Positions 63,887 to 64,000 of a stretch of DNA of 64,000 bases are shown here, piece by piece. The translations under genes and the position numbers were made by a program. The stretch's first letter is position 1, and the number at the start of each line of letters is the position of its first letter. The notes below the pieces were generated by a model. It did no database searches. It worked only from the letters and a program-made list of their open reading frames with translations, and was not told the origin of the DNA. The DNA is from Alphaproteobacteria bacterium (lineage in GTDB: Bacteria > Pseudomonadota > Alphaproteobacteria > JAAXGF01), in NCBI GenBank assembly GCA_963555825.3, contig CAUVXB020000002.1, positions 2,496,001 through 2,560,000 on the forward strand, in the 5' to 3' direction.

Positions 63887-64000
63887 AGGAGCAAACATTG
63901 CCGGCGTAGGCGCGCGGCGTCCGCTTTGTCGCGGGAAGCAGACATTAGTGGTCAACATTGGGATTTCCTCGCCGGCGGGGTCCGCTTCCGAGCAGACAGC
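63887..64000. repeat. Continuation of the ~30-bp hairpin repeat cluster
   Basis: ...aggagcaaacatt, ggcgtccgctttgtcgcgggaagcagacatt (63916-63946), ggggtccgcttccgagcagacagc (63977 to window end). Confidence 0.75.

Overview
GC-rich alphaproteobacterial (Rhodospirillales-like) chromosomal segment. Bases 1-30 kb hold housekeeping and metabolic genes (acs, PLP decarboxylase, YcaQ-like glycosylase, DUF1674-rsmB-rpe-heparinase...purH, ribokinase, GST/LysR), with a 5-gene surface-glycan block lying between heparinase and purH. Bases 30-52 kb hold a methylated amine/amide catabolic region: mgdABCD-like genes, an XRE-cupin regulator, gmaS, an FAD oxidase, a large NAD-glutamate dehydrogenase and an N,N-dimethylformamidase-like two-subunit enzyme; no mgsABC is present in the window. 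Bases 52-64 kb form a mosaic accessory island with a frameshifted IS1182, an IS3/IS481-like element with a 15-bp target duplication inside an orphan mreB, a probable IS1380 remnant clipping hflK, an intact IS1111-type IS110 and an IS1182-derived MITE. Three signals stand out. (1) The IS110 bridge/seek-RNA target and donor guides can be read directly from its non-coding end. (2) Clusters of ~30-bp GTCCGC...GCGGAC hairpin repeats bracket cargo genes like cassette boundaries and are the insertion target of two IS families. (3) A dispersed structured element shows covarying stems and carries 0, 1, 3 or 6 sub-hairpins whose 6-nt loops are inverted between copies. All calls come from reading the sequence and recalling protein families; no searches were run.
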